NCBI GenBank assembly: GCA_002269645.1
Contig: NIVC01000102.1
Span: 81,950 to 145,949, forward strand
Source: Macrostomum lignano
Lineage: Eukaryota
Reading direction: 5' to 3'
Length of the DNA: 64,000 nucleotides
This document shows, piece by piece, positions 12,631 to 25,800 of this stretch. The notes under the pieces are model-generated. The model was not told the DNA's origin, did not search any database, and saw only the letters and a program-made list of their open reading frames with translations. The position numbers were made by a program, and so were the translations under genes. Within the stretch, counting starts at the first letter, position 1; each line of letters opens with the position of its first letter.

Positions 12631-13410
12631 CTCAAATTAAATTATAAGAAACAGTTAGAAACATTAAGGCAAGATTTAGTTTCAGCAGTATAAGTTTAAT
12701 AGAGGGAAATTGAAAACCTACGACAACTTTGGTGTCAGCAGTAGAATTAGTGAGATATTATTTAGAAGGAAGAATCAGCCCTGTGACAACTTTGGTGGCA
12801 TAATGGTAGAATTTTATAGAGCCAAAAGGCCTGTTACAACTTGGTGACAGCGGTGAGATTTTGTATCGTATGGGAATACCCCTGTTACAAAAAAAACATT
12901 ACCTCTAAAAGTCTTATACTAATATGACCAAGAAAGAATTATTAAGAAAATTAATAGTGTCCTACCTTTTATATTGCTTCAAATAATACATAGGCCTAAT
13001 TAAGATTTATATAGGCCTAGCAACAGACAGGCTAGCAATATGGCATATTGAACTATATATGTATTGAGAAGTGTATATTAAAAAATAGCCAATTATTGAT
13101 ACAGTAGTTTGCCAACTTAGTGGTAGCAGTGGCACTGGCACAGGGGGACAGTAGATGTTGCTATCCCTAGGTGACCACCCTCTTAATCTCTTGTCCCTAC
13201 AAGGTGATCATCCTCTTATCTCTCTATGAGATAACCCACCATAATTTTTAGTATAAGCTTATAGTGACTATCTTAGGCCTATATAGAATTGTTCATTAAA
13301 TTATTTTTTTCTCTTGAATTTGATTTTCTTGTTTTATAGTGCAAAAATATAAAACAAGTTAATAAATTAATAGTTTTTTAATATGTAGGCCTACTGGTAG
13401 CAAAATAATG

Positions 13411-13807
13411 TTCGAAGAGCTTGCGTGCACGGCCGCCGTTCACGTAAGCTTAGAATTGCGTGCACGGCAGAGCTATATCTTATAGGCTTATACAGTAAGT
13501 CATATACTATTCGAATTAATATTCAAGTTAAAAAAAAACAATGAATTAAGATTACATTTGCAGTCCATGGTGTACGGGGGATAAAACGTTATAAAACAAT
13601 ATAGTAAAAATATTTTTTAATCAGGTTAGCCAATGCCAATGTGTGGATTTAAAGGCCCCAGTCCTGGCCAATTGCCGGCTGCCATGCACGCAATTACAAC
13701 ACTAGGTGTACGGCTGCATACATGCAAATAAAGCACTAGGTAGATAGCCGCCGTGCACGCAATTCTGAGCTTACATGAACGGCTGCCGTGCATGTAAGCT
13801 CTTCGAA
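13411..13807. mobile_element. MITE-like element with ~70-bp imperfect terminal inverted repeats
   Basis: 13411-~13485 (TTCGAAGAGCTTGCGTGCACGGCCGCCGTTCACGTAAGCTTAGAATTGCGTGCACGGC) is the reverse complement of ~13742-13807 with a few mismatches; no clear TSD. Confidence 0.75.
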
Positions 13808-15444
13808 TTATGTTATAGTCAATCACTAGTCTAAACTAAAGCTAATCATAATTTTATAAATGGCACAATCCAACTTGAGGCTGCTGGTTGACTAGCCATT
13901 GAGAGAGTAATAGTCCAAAATTAGAAAAGTAATCAAATAGTTTTTTTAATCCCAATTATATTTCTTTTTAAAGGTCCCCTCACACTAGCCTTTTGACCAT
14001 AAACATATTTCCATGCTTACCATGTATAAAACTGATAAGTACTATTTTAAGAATTTTTGATATATCAGCACACAAATTCAAATGTAGATTTAGTGGAGAT
14101 GTGTCCTGGATAAAATTACCTAATCATAGGCCTACTAGGCATATTAGGCCTACTCAACATCAAAGTACTATAGTACCCTCCCTTATAACATAGTAGTAGT
14201 TGTGATATACTGATATGGCAATTGACTATAAGTAAAACAAACAATTTTGGTGCTTTTGCTGCCAAATTTTTGCTGCAATACATTATGTTAAATGGTTAAT
14301 TTATTAACCTGTTTTAGATTTTTAGACTTTTATAAAACTGAAAAGAATTTAATTCAAGCAAAAAAGTAATTTAACAAGTGATTTTATAGGATAGCCCTTA
14401 TAATATGCATTTTATGAGATTTTAGTGTAATGCACTAGCACTGCTATAATTCTATAAAAATTTGCTAGGGGAGGGGTGACAGTCTATACTATACTATCCT
14501 CAATAATTATAGATAGGCCCTAGGCCTACTGTGCTGCCATTGTGCCAACTTGTTCTTAAGGTAAGATCCTAATCCTAACCAGACCTACAAGTATAGGATA
14601 CTTGTCTTAAGTTTTTTTTTCATACTTGGTACTTAGTACTCATTTATTATTGTTTTGATGAGTATTCAACAAGTAGGCCTAGTAATGTTCAACAGTTCGC
14701 ACTTGTAAATTCACAATACACAAGTGTAATTTTGCTTAGGCAAGTGAGATCTATCATATGGAATAAAAATTACCAAAGAATGGCTAAAAGTTTCAATGGT
14801 ATAAAATTATTAAGGCAACAAAATAGGAACACGCACATCCAGATGTTGATATATGGATGGGCCCATGGGGATTAGGGTGGGGTCTATCTATTACTATTAG
14901 TATCTAACAGGGACTAGGGCTATGCATGGTGAGTTACAGATCTAAATACTAGGCCTAGAGCCTTATATCTAAAGCCTAGAGCTCCAACAGTCAGTCAGTG
15001 TAAACTGTCAGTCTGTCACTTGGTATTGGACCGCAACGCGGCAACGCCCGTTGAACGCCGAACGCCTGTCATGTCATCGTGGCCCTGCAAATTTCTTAAA
15101 AAGTTGCAGCTTGAAATTGGTCTCTTTTGATGATTAAATTTTACTTAATTTTCTTAATTTTAAAAATACGTATAAAATATTAAACCAAGCAGCTATTTGC
15201 TATAATTTTAGCAGGTTACATAACAAAGTGGGAGTAGATATGCCGAACTTTGTTTTAACACACTAAAAATAAAAAAATAGAGAAATTTGAGCTTATGGCA
15301 GGCATCACAGGGCCCTATCTAGAGGCTTTAGCCGCTTTAGGTCAAAGCTAGTGGCAAATGTACGAATCAGAGGTGCATTAAATTAATACAAATTCATATA
15401 ACTGCGGCTCGCATGTTTACAGTATAGATTCGATTCAATTAGCA

Positions 15445-15808
15445 CAGGGGCGTCGCCACCGCGGATGGACAGGGTCATGTCCCCCCCCCAGTAAAAGTTG
15501 TAGGGTGACTGCCAATGCTTTGTCCCCCCACCCAACCTCATGACCCGTTATTAAAATTATTAAATTTTGCTTCAGGGTGACAATATATATAAGTGCCTGC
15601 GGCGCTAAATGATCGTGCCTGCGGCGCTAAAATGAGTAGGCGCTATAATGTCGCGAGTGCCTGCGGCGCCAACATATGTAAGTGTGGCGCCAAAATGAGC
15701 AATGAGCGCTGACAACACCGATTCTAAAATAATATGCACGTGCGTACATGTACATGTAGAATTCTTGGCTTTTGTCCCCTCACCATAAAATCCATGGCGA
15801 CGCCCTTG
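15445..15808. mobile_element. MITE-like element with 14-bp TIRs (CAGGGGCGTCGCCA ... TGGCGACGCCCTTG)
   Basis: 13/14 inverted match at the termini; internal GTGCCTGCGGCGC repeats at 15594-15670. Confidence 0.7.
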
Positions 15809-16717
15809 TCAACAGTCAGTGCATACATATACATGTAATGTATTCAGTCGATCGAACTTCAATCAGAACGATACTGTTAAATTTAAAAATGCTGTGTTTG
15901 TAGCGCAAATGTGACGATTCTCTTACTCTGTGATCTTTGCGAGGCTGCTGTGTTAAGTTAAAAAATAATGGGAATTTTGGGGCTTTTATAAGATTTAGCT
16001 GTAGTAGACATGCCCGCAAACGAGTTTCTATAGAAATAGCAAAGTGGGAATTAAGTTATTAAAATGGGAATAGGGGATTATTAAAAAATAAGGGGAATTA
16101 AAGAAATTGGCTTGAGGATTATGAAAATCGGATTGAGGATTAAAAAATAGGTTGGGGAGTCAAATAAATGGGAATCGGGGATTAAAGGGAAAGGGATCCG
16201 GATTCAACAAGAAAAATGCGCAGACACAAAGAAATACTTGGAGGCTTTTGCTGCGAGCGTTTTAGAAGCGACAACTATGCGATAACACAAGATCGATGTG
16301 ATGAGACATGATGGGATGAGAAGAGATCGTGAGAGAGTGGAGATCAGAAGGGATTGAGGAGATGGAGAGGATATATATGTGATGATCGATGCATGTAAAT
16401 ACATAGCTATAGCTCGCAAGGAGATCGGGAGAAGAGCTGAGGAAAGACGTGCGTGTATGCATGCAACAAACCCTGAGCTGCAGTACATAGCCGCCGGTGT
16501 AGTAAGGCTTATAGTTCTGATTAAATTTGTTGGGCATATGCAGGCATCGCAACGCAAAACATAATTGTCCCTTGGAATATTCTAGAGCAAACTATAGATT
16601 TAAGACAATATATCGTTAAGTCTAATACATTTCCGAAGCTGTATTTGTATTCGTAATAAATTTACAGAAAGGGCGCATTAAATACGATTACACGAGATCT
16701 GCAGCAGGCCGCGGAGT

Positions 16718-18214
16718 TCACATTCCGAGTGACTGCATCAACTTTTTGAACTCGGCAAAGTCGATGCAGCCGTCGCGGTTGCTGTCAGCCAGGCGCAGCA
16801 TCTTGCGCAGCTCAGACTCGGTGATGTCCTCGCCCAGGTTGTCCATGGCGATCCGAAGCTCGTCCAGCGTGATGATCCCGTCTTTGTTTTTGTCCATGAC
16901 GCGAAATATTGCCGCCATCTCGGCGTCACTCATCCGTTGGGCGGTGCGGGCCTCCATCATGCGAATGAATTCGTCGAAGTCGATCTTGCCGCTGCCGTCG
17001 CCGTCGACCGATTTGATCATTTCCTGGAAATGAAAATATTTCAAAATTTATTATTTTGTTACCCTGAGTTAATAAAACATACGCCGAAAGGGGTGGGACG
17101 ACAGTGGAGGCAAGGCTTCATTTATTAAGGCCCCTCAAATAAAATGGCACCACCTCAAATAAAATGGCGCCAACTCAATTAAAATAGCACCACCTCAATT
17201 AAAATGGCGCCACCTCAAATAAAATGGCGCCACCTCAATTAAAATAGCACCACCTCAAATAAAATGGCACCACCTAAATTAAAATGGCACCACTTCAAAA
17301 AAATGGCGCCACCTCAATTAAAATGGCGCCACCTCAAATAAAATGGCGCCACCTCAAATAAAACGGCACCACCTCAAATAAAATGGCACCACTTCAATTA
17401 AAATGGCACCACCTAAATTAAAATGGCACCACTTCAAAAAAATGGCGCCACCTCAATTAAAATGGCGCCACCTCAAATAAAATGGCGCCACCTCAAATAA
17501 AACGGCACCACCTCAAATAAAATGGCACCACTTCAATTAAAATGGCACCACCTCAATTAAAATGGCACCACCTCAAATAAAATGGCGCCACCTCAAATAA
17601 AATGGCGCCACCTCAGTTAAAATGGCGCCACCTCAAATAAAATGGCGCCACCTCAATTAAAATGGCACCACTTCAATTAAAATGGCATCACCTCAAATAA
17701 AATGGCGCCCCTCAAAGTGAAACGGCGCCCTTCAAATGAAATGGCGCCACCGCAAGTAAAGTGGCGCCCCTCAAATAAAATGGCAACCTCTTAAATGAAG
17801 TAGCAAATTTAATGAAATGGCGCCCCAATCTAATGAAATGGCGCCCACAATCAAATGAAATGGCACCCCAATCAAATGAAATGGCGCCCACAATCAAATG
17901 AAATGGCGCCCACAATCAAATGAAATGGCGCCCACAATCAAATGAAATGGCGCCCACAATCAAATGAAATGGCGCCCCTATAAAATGAAATGGCGCCTCC
18001 TGAATTGAAATGGCGCCAATCCTCACATAAAAATGGCGCCTTACTCAAGTGAAACACCTCACCTACCTTGAGCTCTTTTTTTGCTCGGTGACTCGCCCAG
18101 ATTCTCCATCACCGCTGACAGCTCCCTGATGCTGATCCGGCCGTCCCGATTCGAGTCGAACGAGTCGAAGGCCTCGCGGTATTGCGCGAGCAGAGCCGCA
18201 TCCAGCGACGACAT
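16718..18214 (-). CDS. Calmodulin-like protein A, four canonical EF-hands, ~150 aa; apparent +1 frameshift in an A7 run. Exons 18214-18067 and 17023-16718
   Basis: EF loops DSNRDGRISIRE, DGDGSGKIDFDE, DKNKDGIITLDE, DSNRDGCIDFAE. Donor AAG|GTAGGT, acceptor TTTCCAG|GAA. The frame joins only if the A7 run (plus 18076-18082, T7) is A6, giving PSKKELK|EMIK. Confidence 0.85.
17130..18040. repeat. ~20-bp minisatellite (AAAATGGCGCCACCTCAAAT) filling the intron of CaM-like gene A
   Basis: Tandem copies with a GGCGCC/GGCACC core. Confidence 0.95.
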
Positions 18215-19476
18215 GCTGTCGTGAGAAGTAGACGGCTTAAACATTTTTGCTATGTGCCTTTTTATCAGGCTTTTTTCTCTGCTTGCCCAGATAAATATTT
18301 ACTCTACTCTGGCTGCATCAAATTTTCGAAACTATTTAAATATGCTCTGAATATCAATTTGGGTGCGCATATTTGAGCACGGCACTCAGTCCAACAGCCA
18401 CCCCCGTGTGCTTTTCATTGTGTGCCACAGCTAGAGAGTACGGCTGTTTTTTATAAGTTTCTCTGAGTACAGCTAGCAAAAGAAAAGTTTGCTTTTATCT
18501 TTGTAAACGCACAAAAAGATGGGTGGGTGAAATTGTTAATACTGCTAAACTGCAATGGCTCTCTTACCCAACGAATGAAATTCTTTATGCGCAGTTTAAC
18601 GCCTTATTCACATTTTTTTTCTAAGTGAGCCTCTTCAACTGCCGATATCTCGAATGTCTTTATACCATCTCTCCCCTATCATCAATCAAATTCCTTCGTA
18701 TAGGTTCATATTTCTCTGTCGCCTATAGTTATTACTGTAACTGGGCAGTGGCTGCTCAAGAGTGTCTCAGCTAAGAGAGAGTTTCTAATTGTCGATTTTT
18801 ATTCACCATGTACGAGCTACACCGCCGCAGGTTGTATTATTTTTGGTTTTTGGCAAAGCAAGGCATTTAAAAAAACTCAACTCAAAAGACCTAGCTCTCC
18901 TCAAAACTCGACCTCGAAGCTTAATTTACCTTCGTTCCTTTGCTTGCCTTTTTTCTCTGTGATGTTCACCCGACGTACATGGCTATATGTGGGGTCCACT
19001 GTAAGTTGATTAAGGGCTTAAGTATAGGACTGTCGACTCAAAAACTCAAAATCTTGATGCCGTCTTTTTATATTTATAGTTTATAGTTTCACTATAGAAA
19101 ATTTAAATACCATTTGCTAGCCAGTTAAACAAAAAATCGACATTTCCGAGTAGGCCGAGAGTATACTGAAGCACGAATTTAAACAAATTGAATAAGTATC
19201 GTTTTCATGCTGCTGAGCATGGTAAAAACGTTAAAATTTAATGAAAAACAAAGCAAAATAATGAGTGAAATAGTGGAAAAGTTCTTACTTGGCTTAAAAA
19301 ATTATTTTTTTTCGCTGCACACGAATGCACTTTTAAAAATTTTTAAATTTATAGAAACGAACCGAAGATTATGAATCTATCATGAAGTTTTCAGCTGCTA
19401 AAATTATTGATTAAATTATTGATTAAATCAGATTTATCCAGGTGGTTCAGATGAATCATTTTGGCGCCTGTAGTCA

Positions 19477-21350
19477 CTAACTGGCTGCCTCGGCTTTGCG
19501 CCACAGGTCAGCGAACTCTGCGAGATCCACGCTGCGACCCTGGAGCAGCTCAATCACAGCAGTCAGGACTTTGGACTCCTGACTGGTCAGTCCGTGATCG
19601 TCAGGTGAGAGAGCTTTGAGTTCGTCAGGGCCCACCAGATCGAATCCATCAGATGCGACATCGAAGAGCTGCTGAAGTCGCGGTGATGTCTCAGCGCTGT
19701 CCTGGGCTGCTGTCTTTGAGGCCAGTTTCAGGAATGCAACGAATTCTTCATAGTCCAAGCCGCCGCTGCAGTCAATGTCTGCGCTTTTGAGAATCGACTG
19801 AAGACAATTACGATAAGGATGGATGTTCAATGTTTTCAGGTTCTGTGTTTCTGAGATTCTGTGACTAACTCGTGAATTCTGTGATCATTTAATAATGTGA
19901 CTTTTTGACTAACTCGTGATTCTATGATTCTGTGATTCTGTGATTCTTATTTGATTCTGTGATTCTATAATTATGTGATACTGTGATTCCTATATGGTTC
20001 TATGATTCTGTGATTTTGTGATTTTGTGATTCTGTGATTCTGTGATTCTTATTTGACTCTGTGATTCTGTGATTCTGTGATTCTGTGATTCTTATTTGAC
20101 TCTGTGATTCTGTGATTCTGTGATTATGGGACTCTGTGATTCTGTGATTCTGTGATTCTGTGATTCTGTGACTCTGGCTCTGTGATTCTGTGATTCTGTG
20201 ATTCTGTGACTCTGGCTCTGTGATTCTGTGATTCTGTGACTCTGGCTCTGTGATTCTGTGATTCTGTGATTCTGTGATTCTGTGACTCTGGCTCTGTGAT
20301 TCTGTGATTCTGTGATTCTGTGATTATGTGACTCTGTGATTCTGTGATTCTGTGATTCTGTGATTCTGTGATTCTGTGATTCTGTGACTCTGGCTCTGTG
20401 ATTCTGTGATTCTGTGATTCTGTGACTCTGGCTCTGTGATTCTGTGATTCTGTGACTCTGGCTCTGTGATTCTGTGATTCTGTGATTCTGTGATTCTGTG
20501 ACTCTGGCTCTGTGATTCTGTGATTCTGTGACTCTGGCTCTGTGATTCTGTGATTCTGTGACTCTGGCTCTGTGATTCTGTGATTCTGTGACTCTGGCTC
20601 TGTGATTCTGTGATTCTTATTTGACTCTGTGATTCTGTGATTCTGTGATTCTGTGACTCTGGCTCTGTGATTCTGTGACTAACTCGTGAATTCTGTGATC
20701 ATGTAATAATGTGACTCTTTGACTAACTCGTGATTCTATGATTCTGTGATTCTGTGATTCTGTGATTCTTATTTGATTCTGTGATTCTATGATTATGCGA
20801 TACTGTGATTCCTATATGGTTCTATGATTCTGTGATTTTGTGATTTTGTGATTTTTCCATATGCTAAAAATGGTTTGTCTGTGTCTATGTCGGTATGTGA
20901 TCGATTTTAGCAAAACTTGTGAATTCGTGATTCTGTGATTCTGTGACTTTAGCTCTGTGATTCTGTGATTCTGTGACTCTAGCTCTGTGATTCTGTGACT
21001 CTAGCTCTGTGATTCTGTGACTCTAGCTCTGTGATTTTGTGATTCTGTGATTCTGTGATTCTGTGATTCTGTGATTCTGTGATTCTGTGATTCTGTGATT
21101 CTGTCATTCTGTGATCAAGTGCTATTCAGTCGGGGTGATTTTGCCTAAAAGAAGTCACTGAAGTCTCCTTGCACAGTCGCCCAGCCCATACCAGTGCTTA
21201 AATTCAAGTGTTGTTCACCTGTAGGCTCTCCTTGCTGATATTCACTCCCGCAGCTTGTACAGCCACTGTCAGCTCATTGATGGTGATGTGACCGTCACCG
21301 TTTAGGTCGAACTGCTTAAACGCCTCTCTGTACTTTCTGTTGTCGTCCAT
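19477..21350 (-). CDS. EF-hand protein B, 150 aa, two canonical N-lobe EF-hands plus a degenerate C-lobe. Exons 21350-21219 and 19797-19477
   Basis: MDDNRKYREAFKQFDLNGDGHITINEL...SLQ|SILKSADIDCSGGLDYEEF; phase-0 CAG|GTGAAC donor and GTCTTCAG acceptor; ends LWRKAEAAS-stop. Confidence 0.88.
19850..21115. repeat. 8-bp microsatellite-like array (TCTGTGAT)n with an internal block duplication, intron of gene B
   Basis: Direct reading; the block at 19860-20040 recurs at ~20675-20855. Confidence 0.95.
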
Positions 21351-22052
21351 GTCAATTGGCTTTTGTTTGTTTGTTTTTTGTTTTTGCAACCGCTGAAAAC
21401 GACAGAGGAAACTTGAAGTCGCAAGCTCACTAGAAAGCACACCTGGTCCACGGATATATACACGAAAATTAAGTCTAGCTAGGTAGGGGGCGGGGGTAGA
21501 AATAATATCAGTAAATAGTTTAGTTTCAGTTTTCATAACCCTACGAAGTGTGTACGCGGTTGTTTCTGGACCAGATCGAGCTCAATAAGAGACAGCAGAA
21601 GAGGGGTACAATATGGCCAGTTCTCACCCTAGCTAAGCTGCACGTTGAATATAATATCAGAGAGAGAACTATAGAGAGTGTACTCACAAAGGCTCAAAGT
21701 CTTGCGGAAGAAAGTAGAATGTAGAGACAAGCCAGAGGGGTTTATTAGAGATTTATAATAAGTATTGTGTATTGTAACGCTTGCAACTCGACTAGAATAA
21801 AAATAAGAAAGTTTTTATGTATTACCTGCCCTATTAGAGCGTTACTGGCTTCAGCTATGTAGTCATGTACATTCTCAGGAGAAAAACAAAGAAACAGAAA
21901 GCCAGATATAATAGTAAAGCTTTTAATCGAACCGAAAAAAATGCCGATTTATTTAATGAACTTGACTATTGAAATCAACAATTGGAAATATAAAAAGGCT
22001 TATTTTTTCTTAGAGGGCGCGCGCACACCGTCCAAGCTACACAGATTATTCA

Positions 22053-23122
22053 TTACTCCTTCTTCTGCAGCTCAGCCTGAACGTCACGCCAGAGTTTGGC
22101 AAAGCCGATCATTTCTAGACCGCGATCCTGCAGACGCTTGGAAATGACCGCCAGAATGTTGACCTCTTCGGGTGTCAGGTTGTGCTCTGCCGGGTTGAGC
22201 TTGGCAAGCTCCTCGCAGCCAACAGCCTCGGACTCGTCGTGAACCAGATAGAACAGCTGGACCGCTCTGGTTGGCAGGAGGTCCTTGTCCGTGGTGGCGT
22301 TGATTTCCATGATTTTCATGAACGAGACGAAATCGTTCTGGCCCAGACTGCGACTTCCTCCCATGGTGGCGAGCTTGTGCATGTTCTGCGAATTTAGAGT
22401 GAGAGTCGGGAGCAAATGTGAATTGCAGGGGTATAAGGCTTACGGGGAATTGCAGAGATTACACTGCTTACGGAGGGGTTGCTAAGATGTCACGGCTTAC
22501 GGAGGTGTTGCTAAGATGTCACGGCTTACGGAGGGGTTGCTAAGATGTCACGGCTTACGGAGGGGTTGCTAAGATGTCACGGCTTACGGAGGGGTTGCTA
22601 AGATGTCACGGCTTACGGAGGGGTTGCTAACTAAGATGTCACGGCTTACGGAGGGGTTGCTAACTAAGATGTCACGGCTTACGGAGGGGTTGCTAAGATG
22701 TCACGGCTTACGGAGGGGTTGCTAAGATGTCACGGCTTACGGAGGGGGTTGCTAACTAAGATGTCACGGCTTACGGAGGGGTTGCTAAGATGTCACGGCT
22801 TACGGAGGGGGTTGCTAACTAAGATGTCATGGCTTACGGAGGGGGTTGCTAACTAAGATGTCACGGCTTACGGAGGGGTTGCTAAGATGTCACGGCGAGA
22901 GTGGGTATTGCCGAGACGCAAGGGCTTATGGGAGCGTTGATAGCTAGTCTGGCGCTAAAAAGGATTAAAAAATAGACTAACTCAAACTCTTACCTCAAAC
23001 TCAGAGTCGCCCATGTCTGGAAAACTTGTTCGCAGAGCCGAGGCCATCTCGTCCGGACTGATGGATCCGTCGCGGTCTTCGTCAAGCTTCTGGAAAACTT
23101 CGATATACTTGTCGTCGGACAT
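22053..23122 (-). CDS. EF-hand protein C, 153 aa, only EF1 canonical. Exons 23122-22994 and 22385-22053
   Basis: MSDDKYIEVFQKLDEDRDGSISPDEM...EFE|NMHKL; phase-0 GAG|GTAAGA donor and TTCGCAG acceptor; C-terminal half aligns with gene B. Confidence 0.87.
22480..22895. repeat. 29-bp minisatellite (GGAGGGGTTGCTAAGATGTCACGGCTTAC), some units with a +4 CTAA, intron of gene C
   Basis: Period 29 (22501 to 22530). Confidence 0.95.
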
Positions 23123-23225
23123 GATGCAGTGACGAGACACTTGGTTGACTACGAGACAGTTGAAAAGTTGATCAGAATGGCTTGTTGGCACTTGAGTGGC
23201 TTGCAGTCTTGAGTAGGGGTGCCAC

Positions 23226-23233
23226 TATTTATA
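23226..23233 (-). promoter_or_regulatory. Candidate TATA box (TATAAATA) of EF-hand gene C
   Basis: Consensus TATA about 105 bp upstream of the ATG on the minus strand. Confidence 0.5.
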
Positions 23234-23734
23234 GAGCAAAAATATCAATGGCTACTACTCACAGAGACGGTCAGATGGATTTGATTTTCACCCCCCCCCT
23301 TAAGCCACTCCGACAAAGTTTTCTAATTGGGTGCCAGAAGTTTTGAGTGCCGTCACAGACAGCCTTATATAGAAGTCGACTTTACAAATTGCTACCAAAG
23401 TCAAAGCACAAGTGAGACTTGACTATTCCAGTGTATGGCTGAGACTTAGGGGTGGGGCTAAAAAAATTACAGACGCGGGAGAATTTTTATCTCCGCTCAT
23501 CACCTTTCAGTGTATTAACCTGCTAGCTGAACTTTGTCAACAAAAATTATTGTAACACTTATTATGGTTTTACTTTATTTATCATTCAGGTGTTTGTATT
23601 GTTCAAGCTTCATGCACATATGATGCTATGTCATTTGTGACTCGGCTACCAAAGGACTTCCATCAACTGGTTGGCGATCAGGATGACTCGTAGGGCGCAG
23701 CCTGGGGCGCTCTGTCCTTGGTTTTAAAAAATAT

Positions 23735-25003
23735 GGCACCCCTTATAGTATAGCCTGGCGCCCCTTATAGTATAGCCTTGGCGCCCCTTATAGTGTAGCC
23801 TTGGCGCCCCTTATAGTGTCTTGGCGCCTCTTATAGTACAGCCTTGGCGCCCCTTATAGTGTCTTGGCGCCTCTTATAGTACAGCCTTGGCGCCCCTTAT
23901 AGTGTCTTGGCGCCTCTTATAGTACAGCCTTGGCGCCCCTTATAGTATAGCCTTGGCGCCGCTTATAGTGTAGCCTTGGCGCCCCTTATAGTATCTTCGC
24001 GCCCCTTATAGTATCTTGGCGCCCCTTATAGTATAGCCTTGGCGCCGCCTATAGTATAGCCCTGGTGCCGCTTATAGTATAGCCTTGGCGCCGCCTATAG
24101 TATAGCCCTGGTGCCGCTTATAGTATAGCCTTGGCTCCCCTTATAGTGTCTTGGCGCCTCTTATAGTACAGCCTTGGCGCCCCTTATAGTGTCTTGGCGC
24201 CTCTTATAGTACAGCCTTGGCGCCCCTTATAGTATAGCCTTGGCGCCCCTTATAGTGTAGCCTTGGCGCCCCTTATAGTATCTTCGCGCCCCTTATAGTA
24301 TAGCCTTGGCGCCCCTTATAGTGTAGCCTTGGCGCCCCTTATAGTATCTTCGCGCCCCTTATAGTATCTTGGCACCCCTTATAGTGTAGCCTTGGCGCCC
24401 CTTATAGTGTAGCCTTGGCGCGCCTTATAGTATAGCCTTGGCGCTCCTTATTGTATAGCCTTGGCGCCCCTTATAGTATAGCCTTGGCGCCCCTTATAGT
24501 ATAGCCTTGGCGCCCCTTATAGTATAGCCTTGGCGCCCCTTATAGTATAGCCTTGGCGCCCCTTATAGTATAGCCTTGGCGCCTCTAATAGTGTAGCCTT
24601 GGCGCCCCTTATAGTGTAGCCTTGGCGCCTCTTATAGTGTAGCCTTGGCGCCCCTTATAGTGTAGCCTTGGCGCCCCTTATAGTATAGCCTTGGCGCCCC
24701 TTATAGTGTAGCCTTGGCGCCCCTTATAGTGTAGCCTTGGCGCCGCTTATAGTATAGCCTTGGCGCCGCTTATAGTATAGCCTTGGCGCCCCTTATAGTG
24801 TAGCCTTGGCGCCCCTTATAGTATAGCCTTGGCGCCGCATACGCATATAGCATAGCCTTGGCGCCCCTTATAGTATAGCCTTGGCGCCCTCCCACCAGTG
24901 CTGGCACCCTTTAGCCAATTGGCGCCCCCCGGTGCTGGCGCCCCCCGGTGCTGGCGCCCCCCGGTGCTGGCGCCCCCCGGTGCTGGCGCCCCCCGGTGCT
25001 GGC
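23735..25003. repeat. 23-bp minisatellite (GCCTTGGCGCCCCTTATAGTATA) followed by a 16-bp array (GGCGCCCCCCGGTGCT)
   Basis: Direct reading; the 16-mer runs ~24921-25003. Confidence 0.95.
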
Positions 25004-25800
25004 AATCGACGCAATTCGACAAGTGATAAGCATTTACGCATGCTCGCGGTTCCAATTCACACGTTATTTATACTTTATCGATGCCATTGTTAAAGCTCTT
25101 GTCATGTGACAGTTCGAGTATTGGTTGGGAAACTATACTGTTTTTTAGTGAAGAAACATTTCGACTGCAGACACTTTCAGAAGGTCTACATTGAGCTTGC
25201 CGTTAAAGTCGCTCCAGACATGAACCCCAGCATCGCAAGTATCAATTGCCCAGCAGAATGGCTGAACTGTTGCGGTTCCTACACCTGATACTGAAACAGA
25301 TAATGATATAGATACGGATACTCGTTTACTGATACTTTCGATACATAGTTTCTGTCGCGTGATCCCAGTTTTGTTAGCTGTTGCAGAAATACAAAACGTT
25401 TCTATATTTAAATTTAGCTCGTACAAACATACAATACTTTACGTCAGCTACATCTTTGAAAATTACGATGGAATAATTTTTAACTTTTATAAAGCTTGAT
25501 TAGCGTAGTTTTGCAAATTTCGACGACTTACGAGTAATTGCTTCATTTTGAATCAATTTGTGAGAGATAAATTTTTCATGGAACTGAAAATAATAAAGTC
25601 CCAAACACTACCGACGCAGTTTAAAAAGAGATTTGAGTCGACTAATTCGAAATGCCATCTTTTATTTCAGCTACTACGATTTAACAGTTCAAGCGCAAGA
25701 AATTAATATTTAGGGGTATAAAAACACTGATTTGAAGGATCTGACGGCAAGACAAAAGTTGTTCAACAGAAGACTAGCGGCTCTCCAGGGCCAGAGGTCT

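Noticed and set aside
16204-16564. Overlapping ORFs just downstream of CaM-like gene A
   Set aside because: No recognisable domain or splice model; the plus frame is broken by stops
25106-25426. Possible relic C-lobe or extra gene between genes C and D
   Set aside because: None of the minus-strand frames I read shows the QLF/PxxHxLT/FAxLWR pattern or an EF loop
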